A stretch of 64,000 bases of DNA, taken from Octopus sinensis (taxonomy: Eukaryota). Of the stretch, positions 25,855 to 38,374 are shown piece by piece. The position numbers and the translations under genes are program-made. The notes beneath the pieces were generated by a model that saw only the letters and a list, made by a program, of their open reading frames with translations, made no database searches and was not told the origin of the DNA. Within the stretch, counting starts at the first letter, position 1, and each line of letters opens with the position of its first letter. The stretch is taken from the NCBI RefSeq assembly GCF_006345805.1, contig NC_042998.1, positions 62,372,001 through 62,436,000 on the forward strand, given 5' to 3'.

Positions 25855-26060
25855 TGTAGTGCCAAAGATACCATCTACGCCATCTAAAGTGAATACCAGT
25901 TACTGCAATAGATTAGGGTTCAAAGGTCCACTGCTCTTTAATTCTCTGCCAAAAACAATTAAGAAAACTACACAATGCAGATGTAGATGTCTTCAAAAAG
26001 AAACTGGACACTATCCCATCCACGACACCAGGTGTATCAACGTCGAGGCATAGAGTACAG
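25855..26060 (+). mobile_element. CR1/L2-like LINE 3' coding remnant
   Basis: FKGPLLFNSLPKTI..., then after a frameshift DVDVFKKKLD: typical C-terminus of CR1/L2-group ORF2. Confidence 0.55.
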
Positions 26061-26351
26061 ATGAAGGTAACATTGTTCACCCCCTTCATACACTAAATGA
26101 GCCAACAACCAGGGTAAAAGCACATGCATGAGTGGTGCCATGAGATCCTGTCACCCAAAAGAATTTAACCACATAAGAGGGCTGTAGAAAGAGTACACAG
26201 TCACGGTGGTGCCCCAGCATGACTGAAGCCACAACACTGAAGCACATAAAATGATGTGTATGTGTGCATGTGTGTGCGTGTGTGTGCGTGTGGTGTGTGT
26301 TTGTGTGTGAGTGTGCATGTACGCAAATGCATACGTGTACGTTTGTGTGTA

Positions 26352-26391
<40 letters not shown>

Positions 26392-26439
26392 TGTGCATGT
26401 GTGTGTGTGTGCATGTGTATGTATATCTTTTTCTCTTTT

Positions 26440-26835
26440 TCTCTTTTTACTTGTTTCAGCCATTTTGACTGCGGCTATGTTGGTGCACCGCCTTTCATCG
26501 AGCAACTCGACCCCGGGACTTATTCTTTGTAAGCCCAGTACTTATTCTATCGGTCTCTTTTGCCGAACCGCTAAGTGACGGGGACATAAACACACCAGCA
26601 TCGGTTGTCAAGCAATGCTGGGGGGACAAACACAGACACACAAACATACACGCACATACATATCTATACATATATACGACGGGCTTCTTTCAGTTTCCGT
26701 CTACAAAATCCACTCACAAAGCTTTGGTCGGCCCGAGGCTATAGTAGAAGACACTTGCCCAAGGTGCCACGCAGTGGGACTGAACCCGGAACCATGTGGT
26801 TGGTAAACAAGCTACTTACCACACAGCCACTCCTG
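26440..26835 (-). mobile_element. SINE family B, full length
   Basis: Head reverse complement GGAGTGGCTGTGTGGTAAGTAGCTTG...GGGTTCAGTCCCACTG, with body and tail present. Confidence 0.9.
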
Positions 26836-28334
26836 TTGGTATTCCTATATGTGATGTGCACGTATTGTGTACATTGTGCTGAAGTGACAGTAATTCAAAG
26901 AAGGAAGAAAAGAGAGAGAGAGACCCACTCACAGAATCTCACACGTAGCAGTTCCAACGCAACACCTAAGCATGGCCAACAACGCTTACAGGTGACAACT
27001 GAAGCATCAACCCACAATTCCTTGCTGTCTCCTTCACTTGCTCTGTACATCAGTCATTCTTCTAAATTCAATTAAATATACATGCAAACCTGTTTTTTAA
27101 AAATTGTGATGAATTGAGATTAGTTGTTCAATTACCTAATAGCTTTTACAGGAAATTCTTTAACAGATTCCATTGCTTTCGAACCAACCAACGAAAACAT
27201 CAAAAACTCACCTCTCACCCCGCCCTAAATTTTCCTCCCCATCCACCTGTCCTAAATTTTTCTCTCCCCAACAAATTTGCTCCTTTCTCTCTTTTTTTAT
27301 TCTGTTACCGTAACAACTTTATTTCATTTTATTTTTAACACACAAACGCACACTTTATCTCTCTTTCTTTTTCTCTGTCTCACACCTACAAACACATACA
27401 CAGTCTCTCTCTCTCTGCCTATCTCCCTCTCTCACGCACACGCTCTCGATGTCTTGCTCTCCTCTGTCTCTAACAAACCATCCGTACAAACACTCGTAAA
27501 CACACACACAGGACTGTATGCATGCACACGCATATTTATACACTTTCATGTAAACACCCGCCCACATAAATGCATACAAACACTCATTTAGATTCATGCA
27601 TTCTCGCACACATACACACCTCTACACCGCGCAGACATACATGCGCATATTCACACACATGCGAACACATCAGATACTCACATACTCATGCACACACGTT
27701 TATACGAACACACGCTCTCTTACACAAATGTGCACATAAATACGCAAGCTTACCCATACACATACACAGACATACAAACATCACCACATGTACACACATA
27801 CTCAAGCTCTCTTACAAACACTCACTCACACACATACATATACGTGTCGACATAAACGCATACATAAACATAAGCAGCCACATAAAACCACGTGCCTATA
27901 TATGTACAAACACATACTCACACGAACACACACACGCACTGAAGTTCTCTGACACGCGCACTCACACATACATGCACCCATGCATACAAACACACACATA
28001 AGCATATGCAGGCACATGAAAACCACAACCGTATGCGTGCACAAACACACACTTAAGCTTTCTTACACACATATACACAGACACATACACTGACATGATC
28101 ACACCCATATAAGCACAGATCCTTACGCAAACAAGCTTTTACACACGCACGCACACACACACACACTAACATACGTGCAAACACAATGTACAGATTGGCC
28201 AACAACACTTCCATAATCTTCCCTTAATCATGCTTGTTGATTAGAGGTTTACATCGACAACAAGTAATCCAAGCAAGAAAATCCTACCCGAAACTAATAA
28301 TGGTACTCGCAATAGCATTTGCTAATTTCAATTG

Positions 28335-28690
28335 TGGCACTCCGTCGGTTACGACGACGAGGGTTCCAGTTGATCCGATCAACGGAAGTGCTTACTTGTA
28401 AGATTAACGTGCAAGTGGCTGAGCAATCCACAGACACGTGTACCCATGACACAGAGTGTGACAAGGCTGGCCCTTTGAAATACAAGTACAACAGAAACAG
28501 GAAGAAAGAGTGAGAGAAAGTTGTGGTGAAAGAGTACAGCAGGGTTCGTCACCCTCCTCCCCTGCCGGAGCCTCGTGGAGCTTTAGATGTTTTTGTTTAA
28601 TAAACACTCACAACGCCCGGTCTGGGAATTGAAACCGCGATCCTACGACCGCAAGTCCGCTGTCCTAACCACTAGGCCATTGCGCCTCCG
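28335..28690 (-). mobile_element. SINE family C, tail type 1
   Basis: Reverse complement begins GGAGGCGCAATGGCCTAGTGGTTAGG and ends AACCGACGGAGTGCCACAA. Confidence 0.9.
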
Positions 28691-29859
28691 CGCTAATTTC
28701 AATAGCTTCAAGATTTTAAGTTATTTTCTTCTTAAGGCTTCTTCGAAAATTAACGAAATGAAAAAAAAAAGAAGGAAAAAAGCAAAAAATAACAAACAAA
28801 AATGCTGGATTCTTTTTCTTTCTCTTTCTCTGTAGAGTGCTTACAAAACAAAATGGAGTAAAGGATGTCTGACATTGTTGAAAGCTCAGGAACTTAATTT
28901 TTATGGAATTGTTGGAACCCGAAGAATACGTCAAGGTTGTGCTTAATGGAAACGCGTTGCAGATTCTTTAAGCAATTTCATCTAATTTAAACTAATCAAC
29001 GCCATCAGTACCACAACCACCATCACCAGCAGCAGCAGCAACACCGCCACCACCACCACCACACCACCACCACCACCAACACCACCACCACAACAACAAT
29101 AATAATGGCTTCCGATTTAGATGAAAATCAAAAAAATCTAAGGAAAGGTTGTTGCTATTATCACTTCCGATAATTGATTTGTACGAACCAGGGGGAATGA
29201 AAGGCAAAGTTGACCTCGGAGTAATTTGAACGCTGAACCTAAAGAGCCGGAAGAAATACCACAAAGCATTTTATCAATAATTATAGTGAAAGGATGTCTT
29301 AAGAATTTTAGAGGTACACATAGGCACAAACATACATCAACACATATACACAGATATGTATACACACACAAACATACTCACATATGCACGGAAAGAAAAA
29401 ATACAGTACAGGACACAATAATTAAAACAAATTACAATTAAAGGAAATATAACGTGAAAGATTACTTAGGGTTAGGCTGACTTGTTCACTTAATCATTTC
29501 TCAAATTGCATTCAAGTGCAGTCAAATGTACAAGTGAGTATTTTTAGAGATATTTGGTGTTGAAAAGCGCCGAAATCTTGAGGGAAATCGCCTTTAAGTT
29601 CTGTGTTGTATCTTCTTTTATATTTTCTTAATAATCTGTCTTTCGCAAGTTCTTTAAATCCTGAACTGGTTTTGTGATGTATAACTTCTTCGGAAAAGCT
29701 GAAAGACATTGTAATTGAGACTCGCATTGTCGACCTACTGCAAAGTGACACTCTATATTCTGCATAAGTCTCCTTAAATTCCTTAAATCTCGAGAAAGAT
29801 TCTCGATATTTAAGGAGATTTGCTGTTACTAAACTTCAGTATAACATCATAGTAACTAT

Positions 29860-30230
29860 ATATATATATGTCTTCTTTTATTCTTTTACCTGTTTGACTG
29901 CGGTCATGCTGTAGCACCGCATTTAATCGAACAAATCGATCGCAGGACTTATTCTTTGTAAGCCTACTACTTATCCTATAGGATAGTACTTTTTGCCGAA
30001 CCGCTAAGTTACGGAGACGTAAATACACCAACATCGGCTGTCAAGCGATGATGGGAGAAAACACAGACACATACACGATGGGCTTCTTATAGTTTCTGTC
30101 TACCAATTCCGCTCACAAGGCCTTGGTCGAAGTAGAAGACACTTGCCCAAGGTGCCAAGCAGTGGGACTGAATCCGGGACCATATGATTGGTAAGCAACC
30201 TTTTTACCACACAGCCACGCCTGCGCCTAT
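29860..30230 (-). mobile_element. SINE family B
   Basis: Colinear with 26440-26835. Confidence 0.85.
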
Positions 30231-31000
30231 ATGTCCAAGGATTCTAACTCTACAACCCTCAAATTAATAAGATGGGGAGGAAAATGGATGGATGGGTAGA
30301 TGGGTGGAAGGTTGACATATTAATGTCAGTGTTGTTGTTGTTGTTGTTATTATAGTTGTCATTTAGCTGCAATTTGACTTATGGTCATGTTTTCGTGTCG
30401 TGATATCCCCTAACCACAGATATGATATCAGAGATATTTGGCTGCTGCTTCTAGTATGTCTAGTGTCCACTTAGAAGCCCTTTTGTCAGTAATTCTTATT
30501 TACAGTTCGGTTTTCCCATTTTGGATAAAAAAAAACAGAAGCAAAGAAACATAAAATAAAACAAAACAAAACCAAAAAATCAAAGTTTTTAATCAGTGAA
30601 AAAAAAAAAAAATTGTGACATCATCCGGATGACATATAATAAGTTAAGTGGTTGTTGTTGTTGTTGTTGCAGTGGTGTTGCTGTGGTTATGGTCATGGTG
30701 ATGATGGTTGTAGTGATGGTGGCTATGGTGATGGTTGTGGTGGTGGTTGTGGTAGTAGGGCACCATATTTAATGGATTGCAACATTAAAAGTTTAACCTG
30801 CTTTAGACTTTGAACGGTTACAAGCATTAAATATGCTTTCAGCCACTTAACATGAGTTTTTAACAATAGTTAAAGTGGTGAAAGGTGGATAATTAACGGA
30901 AGCTGTTTGTTAAGAATGTGGTGCAAGTGAATTCAAGCGTCCATGCTTGGTAAGGAAACACAGCTAATAATAATAATAATAATAATAATATAATAATAAT

Positions 31001-31559
31001 AAATGCCCTGATGCAGTACCAGGCAGTGGCTCTCATGGCTTCTGATCTTAACTGATTGGAAGTGTTATCATGTACATTGTTTTGTTTTGGTATAAAAGAT
31101 GGGCTACAGCAAATATTCTGCTCAATACCACAGATTTGCTTGTCAGTTGTTTGACCTTAACCAGTTGAGCATGTCCCTTAGTGGCTGACGATATGTGGAT
31201 CTCTGATCACGAGCAGAAGTAGTGGGGGAGCATCATAGCCATGTGTTGAGAGGGATTCTTTGGGGTTTGAATAATTCACCTCTGGAAACATGGGTGTTTT
31301 GTTCAATATCCTTAAAAAAATCTTATTCAGGGACCTCTTGAGCGGGATGGGCTATTCGACCAGAAGAAAATTCTAACTGGACCCCACCTGCAAGGTCATG
31401 TGCTGTTTATCTTGATATGAGATCACCATGTCGCGCACATATGGTTGTGATGCATGTGCTTGGTGTATCCTTATCAGACGGATAGTCATGATGGGTATAG
31501 TGGGCTTCGTATATTTTACCCCAGTGTCACTTTGATGGCATGCACAGTTCTCTCGCTCA
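31001..31559 (+). mobile_element. Family D element, copy 2 (full length, TAA on both sides)
   Basis: Starts AAATGCCCTGATGCAGTACCAGGCAGTGG, ends GCATGCACAGTTCTCTCGCTCA, then (ATA)n. Confidence 0.88.
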
Positions 31560-31724
31560 ATAATAATAATAATAATTAATAATGGCTTCAAATTTTAGCA
31601 CAAAGCCAGCAATTTCAGGGGAGGTGGGGATTAAGTCGATTGCATCGACCCTAGTGTTCAACTGGTTCTTATTTTATCGACCTCCGTAAGTCAACCTCGG
31701 CGGAATAACAACAACAACAACAGC

Positions 31725-31758
<34 letters not shown>

Positions 31759-31769
31759 ATAATAATAAT

Positions 31770-32543
31770 GATGGCTGTAGATGACTAAAAGGGATTTTAA
31801 ACCGGAAACGGGAGCTCTAATCTGTGCTGTCCAAGAGCAAGCACTAAGAATAACCTATATAAAATACAGAATAATCAACACAACAGAAAATGATGAGTGC
31901 AGAATCTGTGGACAAAACGGTGAAACCGTATGACATATTACCAGTCAATGTAAGCCACTAGCCCAGAAGTAATAAAAGAGACGCCACGACAATATTGCCA
32001 GGTTTGTCCATTGGACACTTTGCACCAAGTATGGACTTGACAGAGCATAATATTGGTACGATCACAAACCTGAAGGCATTGTCGAAAATAGAAATGCAAA
32101 GATCCTATGGGATTTTATGATTCAGGGCGACCATGAGATAGAGAATAGGAATCTGGACATAGTCTTAATTGAGAAAGAAAACAAACTGTGCTGGATCATA
32201 GATATAGCATGCCCAGCTGGCAAGGTCTGCGATAAGGAAGAAAGAAAAGTCGAGATATATGGACAGGTTACCTTGGGAAGTTAAGCAGTTGTGTTCGATG
32301 AAAAAGGTAGCAGTAGTACCAATAATTGTCGGAGCCCTGGGAACAGTGAGCAAAATCTCGAGAAGTACGTGGAACAAATAGGGGCTGCAATAAGGGCGGA
32401 ACACTTGCACAAAACAGCACTGCTTGGAACCGCTCGAATACTCCGGAAGGTACTCGAAAAATAAGTGCTGTAACGTTAGTTCACTGGTAGTGAACAGCTG
32501 ACACTGTAGTACCTATCCAGCATTAGAGCTGTGCAAAGGCAAA

Positions 32544-32545
<2 letters not shown>
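31770..32545 (+). mobile_element. Third R4/Dong-like LINE subfamily, 3' fragment with (TAC)n/(TAA)n tail
   Basis: CRICGQNGETV.HITSQCKPLAQK, RRHDNIA, ILWDF, DIVLIEKENK..WIIDIACP, VPIIVGALG. Confidence 0.85.
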
Positions 32546-32625
<80 letters not shown>

Positions 32626-32637
32626 ATAATAATAATA

Positions 32638-32905
32638 AATGCTCCAATGCAGTACCGGGCACTGGCTTTCATGGCTTCTGATCTTAACGGATTGGAAGCT
32701 TTATCATGTGCATATTTTGTCTTGGTATAAAAGATGGGCTACAGCAAATATTCTGTTCAGTACCAAAGATTTGCTTGTCAGTTGCTTGACCATAACCATT
32801 TGGGCATGTTTCCTGGTGTCTGATGATATTACATTTCTGATCATGAGCAGAAATAGTGGGGGAGCATCATAGCTATGTGTTGAGAAGAATTCTTTGGGGT
32901 TTTAA
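32638..32905 (+). mobile_element. Family D element, copy 3 (5' half)
   Basis: Begins AAATGCTCCAATGCAGTACCGGGCACTGG directly after TAA repeats. Confidence 0.8.
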
Positions 32906-33061
32906 TAATAACTTAGCAGTTCCGCAAAAGCGACCGATAGAATAAGTACTAGGCTCACAAAGAATAAGTCCTGGGGTCGATTTGCTCGACTAAAGGCGGA
33001 GCTCCAGCATGGCCGCAGTCAAATGACTGAAACAAGTAAAAGAGTAAAAGAATTTCTCTCT

Positions 33062-33328
33062 TATTAACGAACGTCTCATCCGGCCGTTGCCCGCCCGACA
33101 ACCAGCTCGCTCGGACGACGGCACCGCGCACTTTGCGGCTACATGACAGTTTCATTATCCACGCCGCGACCGCAGCGCCGGACGCGAAGGAGAGCAGCGG
33201 CAACGGCAAGCTCGGGTCGCGCGTGGAACTACCGACGACGGCTTCGGCGCCGCCGCGCTACCAGAAAAGCACTATATGACGTGATAGTTAGCAGGTCGGT
33301 GTCTCGTTCGTTATCGGAATCAACCAGA
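33062..33328 (-). pseudogene. Dispersed 18S rRNA fragment (conserved helix plus GC-rich V7-like expansion)
   Basis: Reverse complement of 33301-33328 is TCTGGTTGATTCCGATAACGAACGAGAC, versus the eukaryotic 18S signature TCTGGTTAATTCCGATAACGAACGAGAC. It continues with CTGCTAACTA and a GC-rich stretch unlike the surrounding DNA. Confidence 0.75.
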
Positions 33329-33515
33329 AGGCGGTGAGCTGGCAGAAAGGTTATTTCATTTGTCTTTACATTCTGAGTTCAAATTCCACTGAGGTCGACT
33401 TTGCCTTTCATACTTTCGGAGTCGATAAATTAAGTATTAGTTGCGTATTGGGGTCGACCCAATCGACTGGCTCCCTCCCTCCAAATTTCGAGCCTTGTGC
33501 CTAGAATAGAAAAGA
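33328..33515 (+). mobile_element. SINE family A (internally deleted)
   Basis: AAGGCGGTGAGCTGGCAGAA...TTCTGAGTTCAAATTCC...GTGCCTAGAATAGAAAAG. Confidence 0.8.
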
Positions 33516-34809
33516 ATTGTTTTCTTATTAGCCACAAAGGACTGAAAAGCTACAATAAAGTGCAAATAATGTTAAACAATGAGTATACAAAAACGCGTTG
33601 GATAGGGGAAGAAACAAGTTTTATAAAGACGACGGTAGGTGCAGATGATGTTATACAATTAAATGTAAGGACTAATTATATACAAGAGTATTCTATGGCA
33701 CTGGTGCCAAGCTGCATCGGCTCACGGCAGTGGTCTTTCCCTTGGAAATAGCAATGGCATGGAGAGACGAGATATGAATGCCTGAACAAATTCCAGTCTT
33801 AAAACATTATGATAGGCTTGCACATACACATGTAAATGCAAAGACAATTTTAACAAACGGAGACTCTGAGTCTATTCTGATTTTCTATTCCCTGAAGCCT
33901 TTTGCCTTTATAAGGATGATGAACCAGGGTAGTGGATTGCCCGACTCTCTAGGGCAAGATATTTTTCTGAGTCTGTCTCAGTTTAAAGCAATATATTTCT
34001 CTGTATCAACTTAGGTTGACGGTTCGTCCCCAAGACCGCTATCAATGATATGGCGTGTGGGTGGATATGTATGCGTGGGCAACTCCTAGTCTTAGTAAAA
34101 AAATCATGCCAGCCCTGCACATACATGAACGAGTAAATGCATGATTAGTTTTGACCAATGGGGGCCTTACATCTTTACGCCGAGTTAAAATCCTGCCTAG
34201 ATCAGCTCTGCCTTCATCCTTTGGAAAGAGGTACCAACCCAGAGCGGTGAACTGACAGAACTATGAAAGGATCAGGCAAGATGTTTTGCACTATCTATTC
34301 TGGATCTTTGCGTTCTGGCAGTGACGTCTATGACGACACTGGGGAAAAGCTGTTTCGACACAAGTCTTTGGCGTGAAGGGAGCAGACTTGCATGGATGGA
34401 CTTTCATAGGAAAATCTTTCCCATCGAAAAATCTTACTCATACCTGTACAGAGACATGGTTAACCTTGGCTGATAAGACCCCAGCGTCTTTACGTAGGGT
34501 TTAGATTTCACCAAGGCTCATTTTGCTTTTCATTGATGTAGAATCTATAGAATGAAACACCAGTTCAATTCATAGGTATATTCTTCCCAATGAATATATG
34601 ATGTAGCAAAGTGCTTAACGGCATTTCGTTCGTGTTCAAGTTCTGATTTGCTAATCCGCCCTTGCTTTTCATAATTTCGGGGTCAAGAAAACAAGTATTA
34701 GCTGAGCATTGGGGACGATGTGGTCGACTTTCCCTCTCCCATGAAATGCTGGCCTTATGCCAAAATTTGAAGCCAATAAATACATGATGTTTTGTCGAGT
34801 TAAGAAACT

Positions 34810-35303
34810 CTTCTTCTTCTCTTCTTCTTCTTCTTCTTCTTCTTCTTCTTCTTCTTCTTCTTCTGTACTTGTTGTTGCTGTTGTTGCTGTTGTTGTTGTT
34901 GTTCTTCTTCTTCTTCCTCTTTTTCTTCCTCCTGTACTTCTTGTACTTCTTCTTGTACGCTTCCTCCTCCTCCTCCTCCTCTTCCCCTTGCTTCTTCTCC
35001 TTCCTCCTCCTCTTCCCCTTGCTTCTTCTCCTTCCTCCTCCTCCTCCTCCTCCTCCTCTTCCCCTTGCTTCTTCTTCTTCTTCTTCTTCCTCCTCCTCCT
35101 CCTCCTCCTCCTCCTCTTCCCCTTGCTTCTTCTTCTTCTTCTTCTTCCTCCTCCTCCTCTTTCTCCTCCTCCTCCTCCTCCTCCTCCTCCTCCCCTTCTT
35201 CTGCCTCCCCCTCCTCCTTCTTCTTCCTCCTCCTCCTCTTCCCCTTGCTTCTTCTTCTTCTTCTTCTTCTTCGCATTACCGAATAGCGTAACCACGAAAT
35301 AAG
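34810..35303. repeat. (CTT)n/(CCT)n/(GTT)n compound array ending in a unique 32-mer
   Basis: Visible; terminal CGCATTACCGAATAGCGTAACCACGAAATAAG. Confidence 0.9.
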
Positions 35304-36007
35304 TAAAATATCATTTCCCTAGTGCTTAAGGAGTGGAGTGGGTGTAAGTTAAGAGTTCACACATTACATTATTATCATTATTGTTGTTGTGTCCTTGAGC
35401 AAGACATTCAACTTAACGTGTCTCGTGACTAATTAAAGAAGTCATTATTTTATTAGATTGATATTATATATCTAAGGATGAAATGAACGATAAAGAAATA
35501 TAAAAAAAAAGAGGCCAAACAATGCAAAAAAAAAAATGACAACTGAAGAAAAATGGAAGAATGTATAGATTTTCATGGATTTTTCACTTTTGGAATATCA
35601 CGCCACCTTGAAGCCAGGTTTTGGATTTGGTAAGAGGAGTGATAAAATGTAAATTAAAAAAAGTATAAAGAGTTGAAAGACACAGGCAAGGGAGAAGAAA
35701 GCGATTTTTTTTTCTAAAATAATTCTCGAGGCTACTTTTGATACTTGAATGAAAGGTACCTGCTGAATGTCAAATCCATTTTTAATGAAATGTACTGCTT
35801 CCACCCACTGCTTTGTGTGAAATACCTATCAATTGCCTACAGTAAAAAAGCGATGGAAATGAATGTCCGATAAGGATTGATGAAAGTGAAAGCCTCACAA
35901 GAGCTCAAGAAAATCGAGGTAATAATAGGAGCTATGTATGTGATATGACTACAATACAGTATGGTAATTCTGTGGACGCATTCTCGAGTAATTTTATTTT
36001 ATTAATT

Positions 36008-36034
36008 TATCTTCTTCTTCTTCTTCTTCTTCTT

Positions 36035-36065
<31 letters not shown>

Positions 36066-36780
36066 TTCTTAGTCTCTATCTTATTCTTCTTCTTCTTCTT
36101 CTTCTTCTTATTCTTCTTCTTCTTCTTCTATTCTTATTCTTCTTCGATTCTTCTTCTTCTTCTTCTTTTTTCTTTTTCTTCTTGGTTCTTTTCGTCTTCT
36201 TCTTCTTCTTGTTTTTATTCTGTTCTTGTTCTTTTTGTTGTTGTGTGTTGTTTTGGTGTTTTGTTATTCTTCTTCTTCTTCTTCTTCTTCTGTACTGTGT
36301 CGTTGTTGTTGTTCTCTTCTTTTTCTTGTATTCTGTGTTGTTGTTGTTGTTCACTTTCTTCTTCATCTTCAATCTTCTTCTCTTCTTCTTCATCTTCTTC
36401 TTCTTCTTGTTGTTGTTGTTGTTGTTGTTGTTGTTCTTCTTCTTCTTCTTCTTCTTCTTCTTCTTCTTCTTCTTCTTCTTGTACTTGTTGTTGTTGTTGT
36501 TCTTCTTGTTGTTGTTGTTGTTGTTCTTCTTCTTCTTCTTGTATTTCTTGTTGTTGTTGTTGTTGTTTTGTTGTTGTTGTTGTTGTTGTTGTTGTTCTTC
36601 TTCTTCTTCTTCTTCTTCTTCTTCTCTTCTTCTTCGTATTACAGAATAGCGTAACCACGAAATAAGAAAAAAAGAAGAAGAAGAAGAAGAAGAAAAGAAG
36701 AAGAAGAAGAAGAAGAAGAAGAAGAAGAAGAAGAAGAAGAAGAAGAAGAAGAAGAAGAAGATGAAGAAGAAGAAGAAAAA
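36008..36780. repeat. (CTT)n/(GTT)n array, the same 32-mer, then (GAA)n
   Basis: CGTATTACAGAATAGCGTAACCACGAAATAAG at 36635-36666. Confidence 0.9.
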
Positions 36781-36785
36781 AGAGT

Positions 36786-37335
36786 TTCCCGGTTTTCAAC
36801 GAGTGCTCAACGTCTTTTCTTTTCATTCATCTTTCCGCTTGTATCCCACTATGTCAGTTACGGCATTAGCAGCAGTTATGATTAACTGGCTTGCTTCACT
36901 AATATTTTCTGTTCCAATGAAACCCAAAACGTCATTTATTTTGCCCGTGGGCCTCTTTACTTTACCTCTATCCATATATATAACATTTGGAGGTACCTCA
37001 TTGTTCCCATCACACATTTCACCTCGCAGTCTTCCTAGAATCTCCTTTATGTCATTCAACTTTTGTTGCAGCATAAACTGTCACTTCTCCAACTAGATCA
37101 TCTTCCCTATTTACTTCATCAGCAATCTCAGTCCTTCTTTTTCATATTCTTCATCTCTTACCCCTTCATTACCACTGTCTCTTGCTGCTGTTTCTTTTCT
37201 TCCTTCTTGTTTTTTTAAAAAATTTTCTCTGGATTTCTTCAACCTCTAATCTTGTGATCCAGTCGTTCATATAATTTGTCCTTGCCTGGTCTATCAGTAG
37301 CTGGGCGGATGCTTCAAAGACTCCCTTTTCCTACC
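36786..37335 (-). mobile_element. N-terminal fragment of an R4/Dong-like ORF
   Basis: DQARTN...WITRLEVEEIQRK and ENISEASQLIITAANAVTDIVGYK resemble the pre-RT region of R4-clade proteins. The upstream flank is TAA/GAA on its sense strand. Confidence 0.6.
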
Positions 37336-37381
37336 ATTTTTCTTCTTCTTCTTCTTCTTCTTCTTCTTCTTCTCATTATTA

Positions 37382-37461
<80 letters not shown>

Positions 37462-37504
37462 GTTATTATTATTATTATTATTATTATCATCATCATCATT
37501 TTTT

Positions 37505-37725
37505 TAAGGCGACGAGATGGCAGAATCGTTAGCACGCCGGGCGATATGCTTGGCGGCATTTCGTCCATCTTTACGTTCTGAGTTCGAATTCCGCCGAGGT
37601 CGACTTTGCCTTTCATCATTTCGGGGTCGATAAAATAAGTACCAATTGAACACCGGGGTCGATGTAATCGACTCATCAACTCCCCCCAAATTGTTGCCCT
37701 TGTGGTAAAATTTGAAACCATTATT
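37505..37725 (+). mobile_element. SINE family A with (ATT)n tail
   Basis: Ends GTGGTAAAATTTGAAACC then ATTATTATT; (TTA)n also precedes the head. Confidence 0.88.
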
Positions 37726-37755
37726 ATTATTGTTGCTGTTGTTGTTGTTGTTATA

Positions 37756-37820
<65 letters not shown>

Positions 37821-37821
<1 letters not shown>

Positions 37822-38374
37822 GAGTGAGAGAGCAGTGCATGCCATTAAAGTACGAAGGGGTAAAATATATATGAAGCAAAGTATACCCATCATGACTACC
37901 CGTCTGATAAGGGTACGCCAGGCACATGCATCACAGCCATATGTTCGTGACATGGTGATGTCATAAACAGCGCATCACCTTACAGGTGGGGCCCAGTTAG
38001 AATTTTATTCAGGTTGAGTTGTCCATCCTGCTCAAAAGGTCCCTGAATAAGGGTTGTTTAAGGATGTTGAACAAAACACCCATGTTTCCAAAGGCCAATT
38101 ATCCAAACCCCAAATAATTCCTCTCAACACAAGGCTATGATGCCCCCCCCCACTACTTCTCCCCTTGATCAGAGATGCGCATACCGTCAGTCACTAAGCG
38201 ACATGCTCAACTGGTTAAAGTCGAACAAATGACAAGCAAATCTGTGGTATTGAGCAGAATATTTGCTGTAGCCCATCTTTTATACCAAGACAAAACAATG
38301 TACATGATAACACTTCCAATCAGTTAAGATCGGAAGCCATGAGAGCCACTGCCTGGTACTGCATCAGGGCATTT
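37821..38374 (-). mobile_element. Family D element, copy 4 (full length)
   Basis: Reverse complement colinear with 31001-31559; (TTA)n on both flanks. Confidence 0.88.

Noticed and set aside
28600-28690. tRNA gene
   Set aside because: It is the tRNA-derived head of a SINE, continuous with the SINE body; the same applies to the other family A, B and C heads.
29512-29751. 79-aa non-repetitive ORF, vaguely like a transposase N-terminus
   Set aside because: No motif I can confirm and no consistent splice signals.
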